Part shown: piece by piece, positions 20,022 through 30,280 of the stretch
Numbering within the stretch: position 1 is the first letter of the stretch
Layout: every line of letters begins with the position of its first letter
Assembly (NCBI GenBank): GCA_031416075.1
Contig: JANOSY010000014.1
Coordinates: 32,001 to 96,000 of the forward strand
Reading direction: 5' to 3'
Length of the DNA: 64,000 nucleotides
Source of the DNA: Candidatus Tenderia sp.
Lineage (GTDB): Bacteria; Pseudomonadota; Gammaproteobacteria; Tenderiales; Tenderiaceae
Translations under genes and position numbers: made by a program
Notes under the pieces: generated by a model
Database searches by the model: none
What the model was told of the DNA's origin: nothing
What the model saw: the letters and a program-made list of their open reading frames with translations, nothing else

Positions 20022-20672
20022 ATGAAGTTTGTAACAGCAAAGGCACGTTTTGCCGCAGTAGCGGTAGTCATGATGATGGGTGGTTATGCTGCCACCCTGC
20101 AGGCAGAGCCGATTGGCGACGCCGCGGCCGGTGAAGCAAAGGCCGGCTTGTGTGCCGGTTGTCATGGCGCGGATGGTAATAGTGAAGATGCGACATACCC
20201 ACGGTTAGCTGGGCAGTATGCCGGGTACATTGTTAAGCAGATTAAGGACTTTCAAAAGGGACACCGTACCAACAATGAGACGATGACTGGCATGGCGGCG
20301 ACGGTTGCCTCTGATGAAGATGCAAAAGATATAGGTTCCTATTTTGCCAAACAGAAGATGAAGGGTGCGCTGACCAAACCTACCAAAGAAAATATTGCGG
20401 CGGGTGAGAAGCTCTTCCGTGAAGGTAATGCGAAGAGCGGAGTATATGGCTGCATAAATTGCCATGGTGAGTCTGGCAAAGGAAAATCAGCATCGGTTTC
20501 TGCCTTCCCGGTCATTGGCGGTCAGCATCGTGACTATCTGATTAAGCAGTTGACCGAGTTTCGTGACGGCGCACGGGCTAATGATCCTGCCGGGATGATG
20601 TCAGGTGTGGCTAAAAATCTGACAGACAAGGAGATTCAGGCGCTGTCTGAGTATCTTTCTGGTCAGCTTTAA
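20022..20672 (+). CDS. Cytochrome c4 (diheme)
   Basis: Signal peptide, CAGCH and CINCH, PRLAGQ / PVIGGQH, axial Met motifs; strong RBS. Confidence 0.9.
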   Translation: MKFVTAKARFAAVAVVMMMGGYAATLQAEPIGDAAAGEAKAGLCAGCHGADGNSEDATYPRLAGQYAGYIVKQIKDFQKGHRTNNETMTGMAATVASDEDAKDIGSYFAKQKMKGALTKPTKENIAAGEKLFREGNAKSGVYGCINCHGESGKGKSASVSAFPVIGGQHRDYLIKQLTEFRDGARANDPAGMMSGVAKNLTDKEIQALSEYLSGQL

Positions 20673-20687
20673 CGTTTGTCCCTAGAT

Positions 20688-20726
20688 AATAAAAAAGCGG
20701 GCCATTAAATGGCCCGTTTTTTTATT
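20688..20726. terminator. Bidirectional intrinsic terminator between cytochrome c4 and argF
   Basis: AATAAAAAAGCGGGCCATT-A-AATGGCCCGTTTTTTTATT between convergent genes. Confidence 0.85.
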
Positions 20727-20754
20727 TGTCTTTTTTATAAACGGGTGTGGCTGT

Positions 20755-21672
20755 TTAATTGCGTGGGTTTACGGCCAGTAAAAACTCCAGCAACGCCTTT
20801 TGTGAGTGAAGCCGGTTTCCAGCTTCGTCCCAGACGACGCTCTGTGGTCCTTCCAATACCTCGTCACTGACCTCTTCACCTCGATGGGCGGGTAGGCAGT
20901 GCATAAAGAGGCAGTCGGGTTTGGCCAGTTTCATCAGTTTTCCCGTTACTTGATAGTCGGCAAAGGCACGTCGCCTGAGCGCCATCTCCTCCTCTTGCCC
21001 CATACTGCTCCAGACATCTGTCACGATTAGATCGGCGTTGTGGGCGGCCTCTTCTGGTGTGTCAGTGAGGGTGGCAGCACCTGCGGAAGCGTGTATCACC
21101 GCACCATCTGGCTCATAACCTTTGGGGGTGGCTATTTTTAAGTGGAAGCCAAACTGGCACGCTGCATTGATATAAGAGTGGCACATGTTGTGGCCATCGC
21201 CGATCCAGGCCACTGTTTTGCCCTGGATATCGCCACGTAGCTCAAAAAAGGTCTGCATGTCAGCAAGCAGTTGGCAAGGGTGATGAGAGTCGGTGAGGGC
21301 ATTGATCACCGGTACCTTGGAGTGTGCCGCAAACTGCTCAATCTTCTCATGTTCGAACGTACGGATCATGATGATATCAACCATCCGTGAGAGCACCCGG
21401 GCGGTATCCTCAACCGGTTCACCGCGGCCCAACTGGGTGTCGCGTGGCGAAAGAAATATGGCGTGACCACCGCTTTGGGCCATGGCCGTTTCAAAGGCAA
21501 CACGGGTGCGGGTGGATGATTTTTCGAAGATCATGCCAAGCACCCTGTTTTTGAGCGGCTCAAAGAGCTGGCCAGAGCGTTGGATGGCTTTCATCTCAAT
21601 GGCGCGCTTGATCAATCCCCGCAGTTCAGCGGGGGTAAAATCCATCAGGGTTAAAAAGTGACGGGTAGTCAT
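20755..21672 (-). CDS. argF: Ornithine carbamoyltransferase
   Basis: [30 protein letters not shown]. Confidence 0.97.
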   Translation of the reverse strand: MTTRHFLTLMDFTPAELRGLIKRAIEMKAIQRSGQLFEPLKNRVLGMIFEKSSTRTRVAFETAMAQSGGHAIFLSPRDTQLGRGEPVEDTARVLSRMVDIIMIRTFEHEKIEQFAAHSKVPVINALTDSHHPCQLLADMQTFFELRGDIQGKTVAWIGDGHNMCHSYINAACQFGFHLKIATPKGYEPDGAVIHASAGAATLTDTPEEAAHNADLIVTDVWSSMGQEEEMALRRRAFADYQVTGKLMKLAKPDCLFMHCLPAHRGEEVSDEVLEGPQSVVWDEAGNRLHSQKALLEFLLAVNPRN

Positions 21673-21691
21673 GAAAAAACCTTAAAAAACG

Positions 21692-22861
21692 TTAATCCCT
21701 TTGCTTGATAAGTGTGGCAAGGGTATCGACAATAGTGTCGATTTCGGTGGCTTCAATCACCAGAGGCGGCAGCAGGCGAATAACCCGCTCGGCGGTGACG
21801 TTGATCAGCAGCCCCTTCTCCAGGGCTTTGGGTACTAGATCGGCACAAGGCTCGGTTAGCTCAATGCCAACTATCAGTCCAAGGCCGCGTACTGTTTTGA
21901 CGTGTGCAGAGTCGCTGAGTGCATCTCTCAGGCCGGTTGTCAGCCGCTCACCCATTGTCTTAGCATTGCTGGACAGGTGGAGCCCCTCCATTTCACTGAT
22001 GACGGCCAAAGCAGCAGCACAGGCAAGTGGATTGCCACCAAAGGTGGAGCCATGGTTGCCCGGTTGGAAAAGGGTGGCGGCGTTACCCCGTGCCAAACAG
22101 GCCCCGATGGGCATGCCATTGCCCAGTGCCTTGGCCAGGGTCATCACATCGGGTTGGCTGTTGCCGTGCTGGTGGGCAAACCATTTGCCGGTCCGGCACA
22201 TGCCGGTTTGAATCTCGTCGAGCATCATCAGCCACCCATTTTTGTCGCAGAGGGCGCGAATTTTATCCAAATAGTCGTCTGCGGGGATGTATACACCACC
22301 TTCGCCTTGCACCGGCTCCACCAGGATAGCGACGATATCCTTGTTGTGGATAGCGATCTTCTCAAGCGCTTCGATATCATTAAAGGGTGCCCGTACAAAG
22401 CCTTGTACCAGGGGTTCAAAACCGGCCTGTACCTTGCGGTTGCCCGTGGCTGTGAGTGTTGCCAGGGTGCGACCATGGAAGCTGTTTTCCATCACGATAA
22501 CAGTAGGGTTGGCAACGCCTTTGTTGTGACCATAAAGCCGGGCCAGTTTGATGGCGGCTTCGTTGGCCTCGGCACCGGAGTTGCCGAAAAAGACGTTATC
22601 CATGCCAGAAATGCGTGTTAGCGCATCGGCCAGTTTGGCCTGATTGCCGATGCCATAGACGTTGGAGGTATGGACCAGTGTCCGTGCCTGGGCACAGATG
22701 GCGTCAGCCACTTTGACATTGGCATGCCCCAGGCTGCAGACAGCGATTCCGCTGAGCGCATCCAGATACCGTTTGCCTTCTGTGTCCCATAACCAGACCC
22801 CTTCGCCACGGGTAAAGGTCACCGGCAGGCGTTTGTAGGTGGACATCAGTGCGTTTGTCAT
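21692..22861 (-). CDS. argD: Acetylornithine aminotransferase
   Basis: NSGAEANE, FHGRT, EPVQGEGG, DEIQTG, LAKALG, HGSTFGGNP; operonic with argF. Confidence 0.93.
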   Translation of the reverse strand: MTNALMSTYKRLPVTFTRGEGVWLWDTEGKRYLDALSGIAVCSLGHANVKVADAICAQARTLVHTSNVYGIGNQAKLADALTRISGMDNVFFGNSGAEANEAAIKLARLYGHNKGVANPTVIVMENSFHGRTLATLTATGNRKVQAGFEPLVQGFVRAPFNDIEALEKIAIHNKDIVAILVEPVQGEGGVYIPADDYLDKIRALCDKNGWLMMLDEIQTGMCRTGKWFAHQHGNSQPDVMTLAKALGNGMPIGACLARGNAATLFQPGNHGSTFGGNPLACAAALAVISEMEGLHLSSNAKTMGERLTTGLRDALSDSAHVKTVRGLGLIVGIELTEPCADLVPKALEKGLLINVTAERVIRLLPPLVIEATEIDTIVDTLATLIKQRD

Positions 22862-22873
22862 CTTTCGATCCCC

Positions 22874-22904
22874 AAAAACAAAAGCAGCCCAGTAACGGGC
22901 TGCT
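22874..22904 (-). terminator. Terminator-like hairpin immediately upstream of argD
   Basis: On the minus strand AGCAGCCC-GTTACT-GGGCTGCT followed by TTTGTTTTT. Confidence 0.6.
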
Positions 22905-22993
22905 CACAGCAAAAAGCTGATATTACTGTGATTTATGCTGCCAAGCAAATAACAGCTAAATCTGGCGGGACCGTGTTTGGCCCCTCTGTGCCG

Positions 22994-23578
22994 TTATGCG
23001 GCGAAATTTTTGGTCACAAACTCCCAGTTGACCAAGTTACCAAGGAATGTCTCAACAAACTTTGGGCGCATATTGCGGTAGTCGATGTAGTAGGCGTGTT
23101 CCCATACATCAACGCAGAGCAGGGGCTTGTCAGCGGTGGTCAGTGGGTTGCCAGCAGCACCCATGTTGACGATGTCGAGTGAGCCATCCGCTTTTTTCAC
23201 CAGCCATGTCCAGCCGGAGCCAAAGTTGCCTACAGCGGAGGTTTGGAAGGCTTTTTTGAACTCATCGATGCTGCCCCATTTTTTGTCGATGGCGGCTGCC
23301 AGCGCGCCGGTAGGTGTGCCGCCGCCGTTGGGTTTCATGCAGCTCCAGAAGAAGGTGTGGTTCCAGACCTGAGCGGCATTGTTGTAGATGCCACCAGAGG
23401 CTTTTTTGACGATATCTTCGAGTGACAGGTTCTCAAACTCGGTACCGGGGATCAGGTTGTTCAGGTTGGTAACATAGGCTTGATGGTGCTTGCCGTAGTG
23501 GTAATCAAATGTTTCAGCGCTCAGGTGTGGGGCCAGTGCGTCTTTGGCGTAAGGCAGTGCAGGCAGTTCATGTGCCAT
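22994..23578 (-). CDS. sodB: Fe superoxide dismutase
   Basis: [24 protein letters not shown]; ATG 23578 preceded by AGGAG. Confidence 0.95.
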   Translation of the reverse strand: MAHELPALPYAKDALAPHLSAETFDYHYGKHHQAYVTNLNNLIPGTEFENLSLEDIVKKASGGIYNNAAQVWNHTFFWSCMKPNGGGTPTGALAAAIDKKWGSIDEFKKAFQTSAVGNFGSGWTWLVKKADGSLDIVNMGAAGNPLTTADKPLLCVDVWEHAYYIDYRNMRPKFVETFLGNLVNWEFVTKNFAA

Positions 23579-23730
23579 GGTATTTATGCTCCTAGCTGAT
23601 TTGGGTACAGGGTTGACAAAAATCGTTGGATTCAGTCTAAACGAGCACCAGCGGTAATGCAAGAAGCACCCCCGCTGGCCATTGTGCAGCAGTGTAGTCT
23701 ATTTTATGAACTTTGATACTATGGCTCGAT

Positions 23731-25272
23731 ATGGACTCAATTCAACTTTCGCTGTTTGCCAGTCGTATTGCCGCCGTCTGTGATGAGATGGGGGTAATGT
23801 TGCGTTGCGCCGCACTGTCACCCAATATCAAGGACCGGCTCGATTTTTCATGTGCGGTTTTTGATACAAATGGAGGGTTGTGTGCCCAGGCGGCCCATAT
23901 TCCAGTCCATCTGGGGAGCATGGCCTATGCGATGGCGGGCATTGTGGGACATCTGAACTGGTCGCCTGGGGATATGGTGATTGTCAATGACCCCTTTCTT
24001 GGCGGGACGCACCTGCCTGATGTGACGTTGATTGCACCGGTCTTTGTGGCGCAGCAGCGGGTGGCTTTTGTGGTTAACCGCGCCCATCATGCGGATATTG
24101 GTGCCAGCACACCTGGTTCCATGCCGATCTCCCGCAGCCTCGATGAAGAGGGTGTGATTATTCCGCCAACCCATCTGTTGCGAGGTGGGAGTCTAGATCA
24201 GTCTTTTTTTGAGGGGATTGTGACCACGATGGGGTATGTTGAGCAGAGTCGCGGTGATTTCTCGGCGCAGATCAGCGCCAACCATGTGGGTGTGCAGCGC
24301 CTGCTCACGCTGATCGAGGGTCTGGGTGTGTGTGGGTTTGATGCGGCGTTGGCGCAGCTGAATGGGTACGGTGAGCGGCTTGCGGCCAGCGCGTTGATCC
24401 AGATACCGGACGGTGAATATGCGTTTACTGATCTGATGGATGATGATGGTGTGGGCGGCTTTGATATCCCCCTTCGGGTGTTGTTGACGATACGGCAGGG
24501 GCGGGTCCATGTTGATTTCAGTGGTACCGCCGGGCAGGTGCAAGGCAATATTAACTGTCCACTGTCGGTGGCAGCGGCGGCAGTCTATTATGTTTTTCGC
24601 TGTTTGATGCCGACCCAGACACCCGCCTGTGCGGGCACTTTTCGTGATATCACCCTGAGTGCACCGGAAGGGTCGCTGGTGAATGCGCAGCGCCCAGCGG
24701 CGGTGGCGGCGGGTAATGTTGAGACCAGTAGCCGTATTGTTGATCTGATCATGGGGGCGCTGGCGCGGGCGATCCCTGAGCAGATCCCGGCCGCCAGCCA
24801 TGGCACCATGAATAACGTTGCCATGGGCAGTCGGCGTGGCGCGCGTGCCTGGGACTATTATGAAACCTTGGGCGGTGGCATGGGCGCAGGATCCCAGGGT
24901 GGCGGTTTGAGTGCGGTGCAGACGCATATGACCAATACACTTAATACCCCTGTTGAGAGTCTGGAAATGCACTACCCGTTACGCATTCACCGTTATCAGG
25001 TGCGGCGTGGTTCGGGGGGTGCGGGGTTATACTCTGGCGGTGATGGGCTGATACGTGAGTTTGAGTTTTTGGCACCGACCGTGGTGACCCTGCTGACGGA
25101 GCGCCGTGTGCATGCCCCGTGGGGCTTGGCGGGGGGGCTGTCTGGTCAGGTGGGCATCAACAGATTGAATGGTCAGGTGCTGCCTGGAAAGGTCTGTTTT
25201 GAAGCACAATCGGGCGACAGACTGTCGGTGGCGACACCCGGGGGCGGTGGCTGGGGGGGTGAAACGGGTTGA
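23731..25272 (+). CDS. Hydantoinase B / oxoprolinase family protein
   Basis: SPNIKDRLDFSCA, HIPVHLGSM, NDPFLGGTHLPD, RAHHADIG, GNVETS, HMTNT, TPGGGGWG. Confidence 0.92.
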   Translation: MDSIQLSLFASRIAAVCDEMGVMLRCAALSPNIKDRLDFSCAVFDTNGGLCAQAAHIPVHLGSMAYAMAGIVGHLNWSPGDMVIVNDPFLGGTHLPDVTLIAPVFVAQQRVAFVVNRAHHADIGASTPGSMPISRSLDEEGVIIPPTHLLRGGSLDQSFFEGIVTTMGYVEQSRGDFSAQISANHVGVQRLLTLIEGLGVCGFDAALAQLNGYGERLAASALIQIPDGEYAFTDLMDDDGVGGFDIPLRVLLTIRQGRVHVDFSGTAGQVQGNINCPLSVAAAAVYYVFRCLMPTQTPACAGTFRDITLSAPEGSLVNAQRPAAVAAGNVETSSRIVDLIMGALARAIPEQIPAASHGTMNNVAMGSRRGARAWDYYETLGGGMGAGSQGGGLSAVQTHMTNTLNTPVESLEMHYPLRIHRYQVRRGSGGAGLYSGGDGLIREFEFLAPTVVTLLTERRVHAPWGLAGGLSGQVGINRLNGQVLPGKVCFEAQSGDRLSVATPGGGGWGGETG

Positions 25273-25371
25273 TGGCAACGGTGTTGGGTGCAGTCATTTT
25301 GATTGGGGTTGATTTCCGAGTATGATGGTCAACTTTATGTTGTGGTTTCATTTGAGTAGAGAGGTGTAGGT

Positions 25372-25686
25372 ATGGATATTCTGGAAAAGATCAAACAGCA
25401 GGTAGAGGGCGCGCCTATTGTGCTGTACATCAAGGGGACCGCACAGTTTCCGATGTGTGGTTTTTCTGCACGGGTGGTACAGGCGTTAAACGCTGTGGAT
25501 GCCAAGTTTGATGCATACAATGTTCTGGAGGATCCTGAGGTCTTTCAGAATCTGCCACGGTACGCCAACTGGCCAACCTTTCCACAGCTCTACATTAAGG
25601 GTGAGCTGATTGGTGGTTGCGATATTACCCTTGAGCTGTTACAGCAGGGTGAGTTGGAGAAGATGGTAAAGGCGGCGCTCGCTTAA
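25372..25686 (+). CDS. grxD: Monothiol glutaredoxin Grx4
   Basis: KGT..FPMCGFS, WPTFPQL, GGCDI. Confidence 0.95.
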   Translation: MDILEKIKQQVEGAPIVLYIKGTAQFPMCGFSARVVQALNAVDAKFDAYNVLEDPEVFQNLPRYANWPTFPQLYIKGELIGGCDITLELLQQGELEKMVKAALA

Positions 25687-25711
25687 GCCTGTTGATCGCA
25701 TGTGATTATTG

Positions 25712-25744
25712 AAAGGCCACCTTGTTTAGCAGGGTGGCCTTTTT
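25712..25744 (+). terminator. Intrinsic terminator after grxD
   Basis: AAAGGCCACC...GGTGGCCTTTTT. Confidence 0.75.
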
Positions 25745-26058
25745 GTTGTTGGTGGCAAAGGGCTGCAGATGCTGCCAGGTCAGGGGTTGTCGAGAGACGC
25801 CCGTACATATGAGGGGGGGGTAACATCGCCTACCCTGTTTCATTGTTTGGCAGTGGGGCTGGCAAATTTTTGGCCCTGATGTGAGCACTGTTTTTGATAC
25901 GTGGTAGAAAGGGTGGTCCTCTCTTGCGCCCGAGTGGGGATGGTGTAGCATGGCCCGGGGAGGGTGATTGGCTGGTTATCGTGCCCGCCTGCCGTTATGG
26001 ATGACCCCAAAGAGTGGTTGACGTGACGGTGGGTGTGCGATGTGTGAGGGGAGTTTGT

Positions 26059-27960
26059 ATGCAACATTTAATTAAGTTTATCCCGCTGGTCTCTATTCCA
26101 CTGGTCTTTATTCCGTTGGGCCGCTGGTGTGTGTTTGGTGGTGTGGTGCTGTTTTTGGCGGGGTGCGCTGCTCCCGGCCCGGTGGCGCAACAGGTGGTGG
26201 AACCGCTGCCTGTTGCCGAGGCCACCAAACCGGTTGAAGAGTTAGCGGTGGCCTCCAACCTGGTGGATGCCACGCCTAAACGGCTGGTATTGGCGGCACG
26301 TTACGGTGAGGAGCGGGTGCTTAAATATCTGCTTGACGGTGGCATGGATATCAACAGTAAGGACCCTTACGGTGATACAGCGCTGATTGCGGCGGCAGGC
26401 AATGGCCAAAGCGCCATTGTGGAGCTGCTGCTGGGGCGTGACGCAAAGATCAATCTGACCAACGGCGAGGCACATACCGCGCTGATGAGTGCGGCGGCGC
26501 GTGGCGACTACCAGCTAGTCCATACCTTGATTAAGGCCGGGGCCACCGTTGATATCAAAAACAACCAGGGTGAAACCGCGCTGTTCCTGGCAACCCAGTA
26601 TGGCCATCTGACCACGGTCAAGGTATTGCTGAACGCCGCGGCCAATCCTAATTTGCAGAACACTATTCCGGCCAACAAGGCCAACAGCGGGTTTACGCCA
26701 TTAATGTATGCCGCCACCCATGGGTTGACGCGTGAGCCGGTTGACTGGCCGGGGATTGCCCAGCTGCTGCTGGAGAATGGTGCCAATCCCAATCTCAATA
26801 ATAGCCATGGCGAATCGGCATTGGTGTTTGCAAATAAACGGCAGGATGGCGTGATTGTGGCGATGTTGAAAAAAGCGGGGGCCAAGGATGAACAGGCCTA
26901 CGTAGGGTTGGGGCCTGATGATGCCTTGATCAAGGCTGCCCGTCTGGGGGATGTGGATAAGGGAACGCGGCTGCTGGGCAGTGGTGCCAATGTCAACTAC
27001 GTCGATCGCAATGGTGTGACACCGCTGTTGGCCGCTGCCCATGAAGGGTGGTTATCGATGGTCGAGCAGCTGGTGGTTGCGGGGGCTGAGGTTAATTTTG
27101 TGCCGCTGGGGTTGCGCGAGTTTGCCATGAGCCGTACCTCCGCACCGATGAGTGAGCGCGAGGTGATGGCCGCCGCTTCACGCGGTGATACCGCCCTGAT
27201 TGCAGCGGGTCGAGCGGAACATATCGACGTGGTTGATTATCTGTTGAACCACAATGGCCGGTTTGATGTTGCCAACCGTCAGGGTGAGTTGCTGATGTTT
27301 ATGGCTGCGGGCCGTGGTGACCATCTGTTGGTGAAAAAACTGCTCGCCCATGGCGCGGATGTAAACACCCTTGAGCATGAGGGACGCAGTGGCCAGCAGT
27401 CGCAGATCAAAAGTGCCATGGGGCGCGACAGTGTGTTGATCCAGGCGAGCCAGCAGGGGCACGTGGATGTGGTGCGGCTGCTGGTTGAATCGGGTGCAGA
27501 TCTTAACTATCGTGGTTTTATGGGTAAAAGTGCACTCTATGGTGCGGTTGAGCAGGGGCGTCTGAATGTGGTTGATGTCCTGCTGAGCGCCGGGGCTAAC
27601 GCCAATCAGGCCGCTGCTGCGGGCATTACCCCTATGATGCAGGCCGCTAAAAGTGGCAGCCACCGTTTGATGCAGGCGCTGCTGGACAAGGGGGCCGATG
27701 TCAACGTTATCGAGCGCCCCGAATTGGGGTACGCCCGCGATGGCGGTGGCAGCTTAGGCATGACGGCCTTGATGTTTGCCGCCCGTGGTGGCCATCAGGC
27801 GGCGGTAGAGCTGTTATTGAAGGCGGGTGCCCAGGCGACAGTGACTAATGCAAACGGTAAACGGGCAGTGGATGAGGCCCGCGACAACGGGTATGAGGAT
27901 GTTGTGCAGCTTTTTAATGTTGATAATACGATGACAGCTGCACAGGGCAGTGGTCGATGA
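26059..27960 (+). CDS. Ankyrin-repeat lipoprotein
   Basis: Lipobox LAGC followed by roughly 15 GxT(A/P)LxxAAxxG ankyrin repeats; start 26059 has a G-rich RBS. Confidence 0.85.
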   Translation: MQHLIKFIPLVSIPLVFIPLGRWCVFGGVVLFLAGCAAPGPVAQQVVEPLPVAEATKPVEELAVASNLVDATPKRLVLAARYGEERVLKYLLDGGMDINSKDPYGDTALIAAAGNGQSAIVELLLGRDAKINLTNGEAHTALMSAAARGDYQLVHTLIKAGATVDIKNNQGETALFLATQYGHLTTVKVLLNAAANPNLQNTIPANKANSGFTPLMYAATHGLTREPVDWPGIAQLLLENGANPNLNNSHGESALVFANKRQDGVIVAMLKKAGAKDEQAYVGLGPDDALIKAARLGDVDKGTRLLGSGANVNYVDRNGVTPLLAAAHEGWLSMVEQLVVAGAEVNFVPLGLREFAMSRTSAPMSEREVMAAASRGDTALIAAGRAEHIDVVDYLLNHNGRFDVANRQGELLMFMAAGRGDHLLVKKLLAHGADVNTLEHEGRSGQQSQIKSAMGRDSVLIQASQQGHVDVVRLLVESGADLNYRGFMGKSALYGAVEQGRLNVVDVLLSAGANANQAAAAGITPMMQAAKSGSHRLMQALLDKGADVNVIERPELGYARDGGGSLGMTALMFAARGGHQAAVELLLKAGAQATVTNANGKRAVDEARDNGYEDVVQLFNVDNTMTAAQGSGR

Positions 27961-27975
27961 GCAGGTAGGTAGGTC

Positions 27976-28434
27976 ATGATCAAAGGAATACAACAGTTTT
28001 TTAATACCCATATCCAGTCAGTGAGCGGTGGTACGAAACAGGCGGTGCCGGAGCGGGCGCTGCAGTTGGCAACCGCCGCGCTGTTGCTGGAGGTGGCCCG
28101 TGCCGATTTTCACGTTGCGGAAGATGAGCGGCGGGCGATTAACGGTGCGATTCAGCAGATGTTTGAACTCTCCACCGTTGAGACGGCTGAGCTTGTGGCG
28201 CTGGCGGAGGGTGAGATGGAGAATGCCACCTGCCTGTTTGAATTTACGCGCCTGGTGAATGACCACTTTGACCATCAAGAGAAGTTGAGGGTGGTGGAGA
28301 ATCTGTGGCGGGTGGCCCTGGTGGATCTGGATAAAGATAAGTACGAAGAGCATCTGATTCGCCGTGTCTGTGATCTGATCTACGTAACACATCAGGACTT
28401 TGTGCGGCTGCGGGCGCGGGCCAGTGGCGAGTGA
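27976..28434 (+). CDS. TerB-family (tellurite resistance-like) protein
   Basis: ATAALLLEVARAD..EDE, LWRVALVD...YEEHLIRRVCDLI. Confidence 0.8.
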   Translation: MIKGIQQFFNTHIQSVSGGTKQAVPERALQLATAALLLEVARADFHVAEDERRAINGAIQQMFELSTVETAELVALAEGEMENATCLFEFTRLVNDHFDHQEKLRVVENLWRVALVDLDKDKYEEHLIRRVCDLIYVTHQDFVRLRARASGE

Positions 28435-28462
28435 CGGTTTTATCTATATAAAAGGCTCTTGC

Positions 28463-29947
28463 TCAGGGGTGGCTGTGGTTGGCGTGAGAGCGCTCCTTAG
28501 CCATCTTCCCCTCCAGCTCTAATACCTCATTTTGCAGCTCTGTGAGTCGGCTGTTCAGCCGTTGCCAGCGGAAGTTGTCCTCTTTGTCGGTTCGATCAAG
28601 TGCGATTTTCAGCTGATCAACAGCGCTGCGGGTATGGCCAATCAGGTAGTAATATTCAGCTATCGCTTGATAGGAGTCGCTTTCACGTCCGTTTGCCATT
28701 TCGGCCTGGGCCAGAAGCTGATAGTAGCTGGGGAGTAGAAAGCGCCCCTGTTGCAGAATGAGCTGCCGCAGCAGCGTCACCGCCTGTTCGGCCCTGTTTA
28801 AACGTAATTCGGTCTCGACCTGCAACAGGGTCAGCAGGGGGTGGTTGGGGTAGAGGTTAAGTGCCTCTGCCAGCCGTGTGTGGGCCTGTTCCAGCATGTT
28901 CTGCTCTAACTCAACCCTGGTTTGTAGTGCGATAAAGAGATCTTTCTCGGGGGCTTTTTTGAGCAGCGCCTGGCTTAACCGTTCGGCCTGTTGCAGATTG
29001 GCGCTATCGAGCTGCCAGAGTGCCTGTTCGTACTGTTGTGCGGTTGAGGGGGGGGTATATGCGTCGAGTATTTTAAGTCGCTCCTGGCGTTCACCATGCA
29101 GTGTCTGTAGCTGGGCCTGGATCAGATAAAAGTCGTCATTCTCCCGTGGTTTGACCGGGGGGAACTGCTCGGCGCGATTGCTGGAGTCGGCAATCCGTGA
29201 GGGGGTGACAGGGTGAGTCCGTAGCAGCTCCGGCAGGTCACTCTGCATATAACGGGTTGACTGTTGCAGCCGGGTGAAAAAGGCGGGCATCTGGCGTGGG
29301 TCGTAACCGGCCTGGGCCAGGGTCTCAATGCCGACCCGGTCTGCCTCACGTTCATGATCGCGGGTGAAGTTGAGCTGTTGCTGGATGCTGCCGGCAGTGG
29401 AGAGGGCTATGGCCGCCTGGGTGACGGCGGGGTTGCCGATGATGATGGCGGCAAGAATGGCGGCGGCGGTCTGCAGATTTCCAGTGGATGCTTTTTGGAA
29501 GGCGCGGGCCAGATGGCGTTGGCTGACATGGGCAATCTCATGGGCCACCACTGCGGCCAGCTCTCCTTCAGATTCGGCGGCTAGTATCAATCCTGTATGA
29601 ATACCAATGTAGCCCCCCGGACCGGCAAAGGCGTTGATGGCGGGGTCACTGACCACAAAAAAGGTGTACGGCTGCTGGCTGTCGGCACTGCCTAGCAGTT
29701 TGTACCCTAATGCATTGATATAGGAGTTGATTTCGGGGGATTCAACAATCTCTGCCTGACTGCGAACATTACGCATAAAGGCCTGACCGAGTCTTTTATC
29801 CTCATCGGCGGACAATATGGTGGCAGAAGTGTCACCCATCTCGGGCAGGTTGAGGTTGCTGTTGGCACTGTTAGCGGCGGTGCTGACAATGAGTGCCAGC
29901 GAGAGCAGAAGTATGGGGAGATTTCGGGTCGTTTTTATGGTTTTCAC
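28463..29947 (-). CDS. bepA: M48 metalloprotease / beta-barrel assembly chaperone with TPRs
   Basis: LPEMG, INAFAGPGG, HEIAH (HEXXH), FTRDHEREADRVG, LRTHP. Confidence 0.88.
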   Translation of the reverse strand: MKTIKTTRNLPILLLSLALIVSTAANSANSNLNLPEMGDTSATILSADEDKRLGQAFMRNVRSQAEIVESPEINSYINALGYKLLGSADSQQPYTFFVVSDPAINAFAGPGGYIGIHTGLILAAESEGELAAVVAHEIAHVSQRHLARAFQKASTGNLQTAAAILAAIIIGNPAVTQAAIALSTAGSIQQQLNFTRDHEREADRVGIETLAQAGYDPRQMPAFFTRLQQSTRYMQSDLPELLRTHPVTPSRIADSSNRAEQFPPVKPRENDDFYLIQAQLQTLHGERQERLKILDAYTPPSTAQQYEQALWQLDSANLQQAERLSQALLKKAPEKDLFIALQTRVELEQNMLEQAHTRLAEALNLYPNHPLLTLLQVETELRLNRAEQAVTLLRQLILQQGRFLLPSYYQLLAQAEMANGRESDSYQAIAEYYYLIGHTRSAVDQLKIALDRTDKEDNFRWQRLNSRLTELQNEVLELEGKMAKERSHANHSHP

Positions 29948-30049
29948 GGCTGCTCAGACATGGGAGTGAGTAGGGAGTTCCAGCGAGTAATGGTATCATC
30001 GCCACCCCTCTGGTTGGGATTGAAGTAGTCTGGATAAGGGTAATTGAAC

Positions 30050-30280
30050 ATGAGTGACGTTGTAAAAGAGTTAGATACCTCGGGCATGAGTTGTCCCATG
30101 CCCATTCTGCGCTTGAAGCAGACATTGGGCACGATTGAGAGTGGCCAACGCCTGCGGGTGATCGCTACCGATCCCGGTTCGCAGTCCGATTTTGCTGCCT
30201 TTGCGGCACAGACCGGCCACCGTCTGGTGGAGTCTCAGGTTGAGGGTGGCAAGTTTATCTATGTGGTTGAGAAACGGTAA
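30050..30280 (+). CDS. tusA: TusA-family sulfur carrier protein
   Basis: LDTSGMSCPMP (CPxP), ATDPGS. Confidence 0.88.
   Translation: MSDVVKELDTSGMSCPMPILRLKQTLGTIESGQRLRVIATDPGSQSDFAAFAAQTGHRLVESQVEGGKFIYVVEKR

Noticed and set aside
23579-23662. N-terminal extension of SodB suggesting an exported SOD
   Set aside because: Not signal-peptide-like; a strong RBS precedes ATG 23578.
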